Below are positions 63,645 through 64,000 of a DNA stretch of 64,000 nt, one piece after another; the stretch's first letter is position 1; each line of letters begins with the position of its first letter. Position numbers and translations under genes: made by a program. The stretch spans positions 124,001 through 188,000 of the forward strand of contig JAMDHS010000022.1 in assembly GCA_029717555.1 (NCBI GenBank), in the 5' to 3' direction. Origin of the DNA: Peribolospora baueri (Eukaryota). Under the pieces are notes generated by a model. That model saw only the letters and a program-made list of their open reading frames with translations, searched no databases and had not been told where the DNA came from.

Positions 63645-64000
63645 ATGTACCCATCCCCATCCCAATCACCCGCTCCCTCGCCTCCGGCGTTCCTCTATCT
63701 CAACTCCCACCCCGGTCCCGGCGGCCATCACCACCAGCATCAGTCTGTCTCCAACCCCGCAGTCGGCGTCCCCGGCTCGGCGGCCAACGGGGCTCCTGGT
63801 GCTGGCGGATATGGTCAACCGAACGGCGCTCCCAACAGTGCCCCTGGACCCGCCGGTCTCCCTCTAGCTCGTTTTCCCGGCCCCCCCGCGTCAGTGAACC
63901 CGCTCGCCGGCGGATGGCCTCCGCGATCTCATCACCCTGGCCCAGGGCCAGGCGCCCACCACCACCCTCACCACCACCAGCAGAATCCCTCCCTTTCGTC
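63645..64000 (+). CDS. 5' part of an unidentified gene, Pro/Gly/His-rich N-terminus (MYPSPSQSPAPSPPAFLYLNSHPGPGGHHHQHQ..), open to the window end
   Basis: Stop-free frame from ATG 63645 to 64000, in-frame stop upstream at 63399, and a probable 5'UTR intron at 63077-63380. Confidence 0.6.
   Translation, partial: MYPSPSQSPAPSPPAFLYLNSHPGPGGHHHQHQSVSNPAVGVPGSAANGAPGAGGYGQPNGAPNSAPGPAGLPLARFPGPPASVNPLAGGWPPRSHHPGPGPGAHHHPHHHQQNPSLS

Overview
This is gene-dense, intron-rich, high-GC fungal (basidiomycete-type) nuclear DNA, not prokaryotic. By joining exons by hand at GT/GC-AG sites I can build 18 protein-coding genes, two of them truncated by the window edges. In order: PRI1 primase (5' partial), a BTB-BTB-repeat-CAP-Gly protein, TFIIE alpha, a ~2000-aa RING-H2 E3, an F-box-like protein, Rab escort protein, KGD2, UBC4, TAN1, SNT1/N-CoR-like SANT protein, a VARP/Vrl1-like VPS9 protein, an AhpD-like protein ending -NKL, a Pmp3-domain protein with a long tail, ATG11, PWP2, RCE1, mitochondrial bL36 and a 3'-truncated low-complexity gene. 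Fourteen of the 18 lie in seven head-to-head pairs. I found no tRNA, rRNA, snRNA, transposon or CRISPR array, and no clearly novel multi-gene system. The best leads are unusual protein architectures and splicing or leader features. Architectures: BTB plus split CAP-Gly with 43-aa repeats, an ankyrin-less VARP-like GEF, and Atg11 with a post-Claw tail. Splicing: a 4-nt micro-exon in UBC4, two GC-AG introns, three AAG acceptors, a start-stop uORF overlapping a 5'UTR donor, and a PTS1-like end on intron-retained PWP2. Promoters and leaders: recurring AACCCTAACT boxes and strand-oriented ACG/ACC tracts. Family assignments rest on motifs recognised by eye, and no database search was run.
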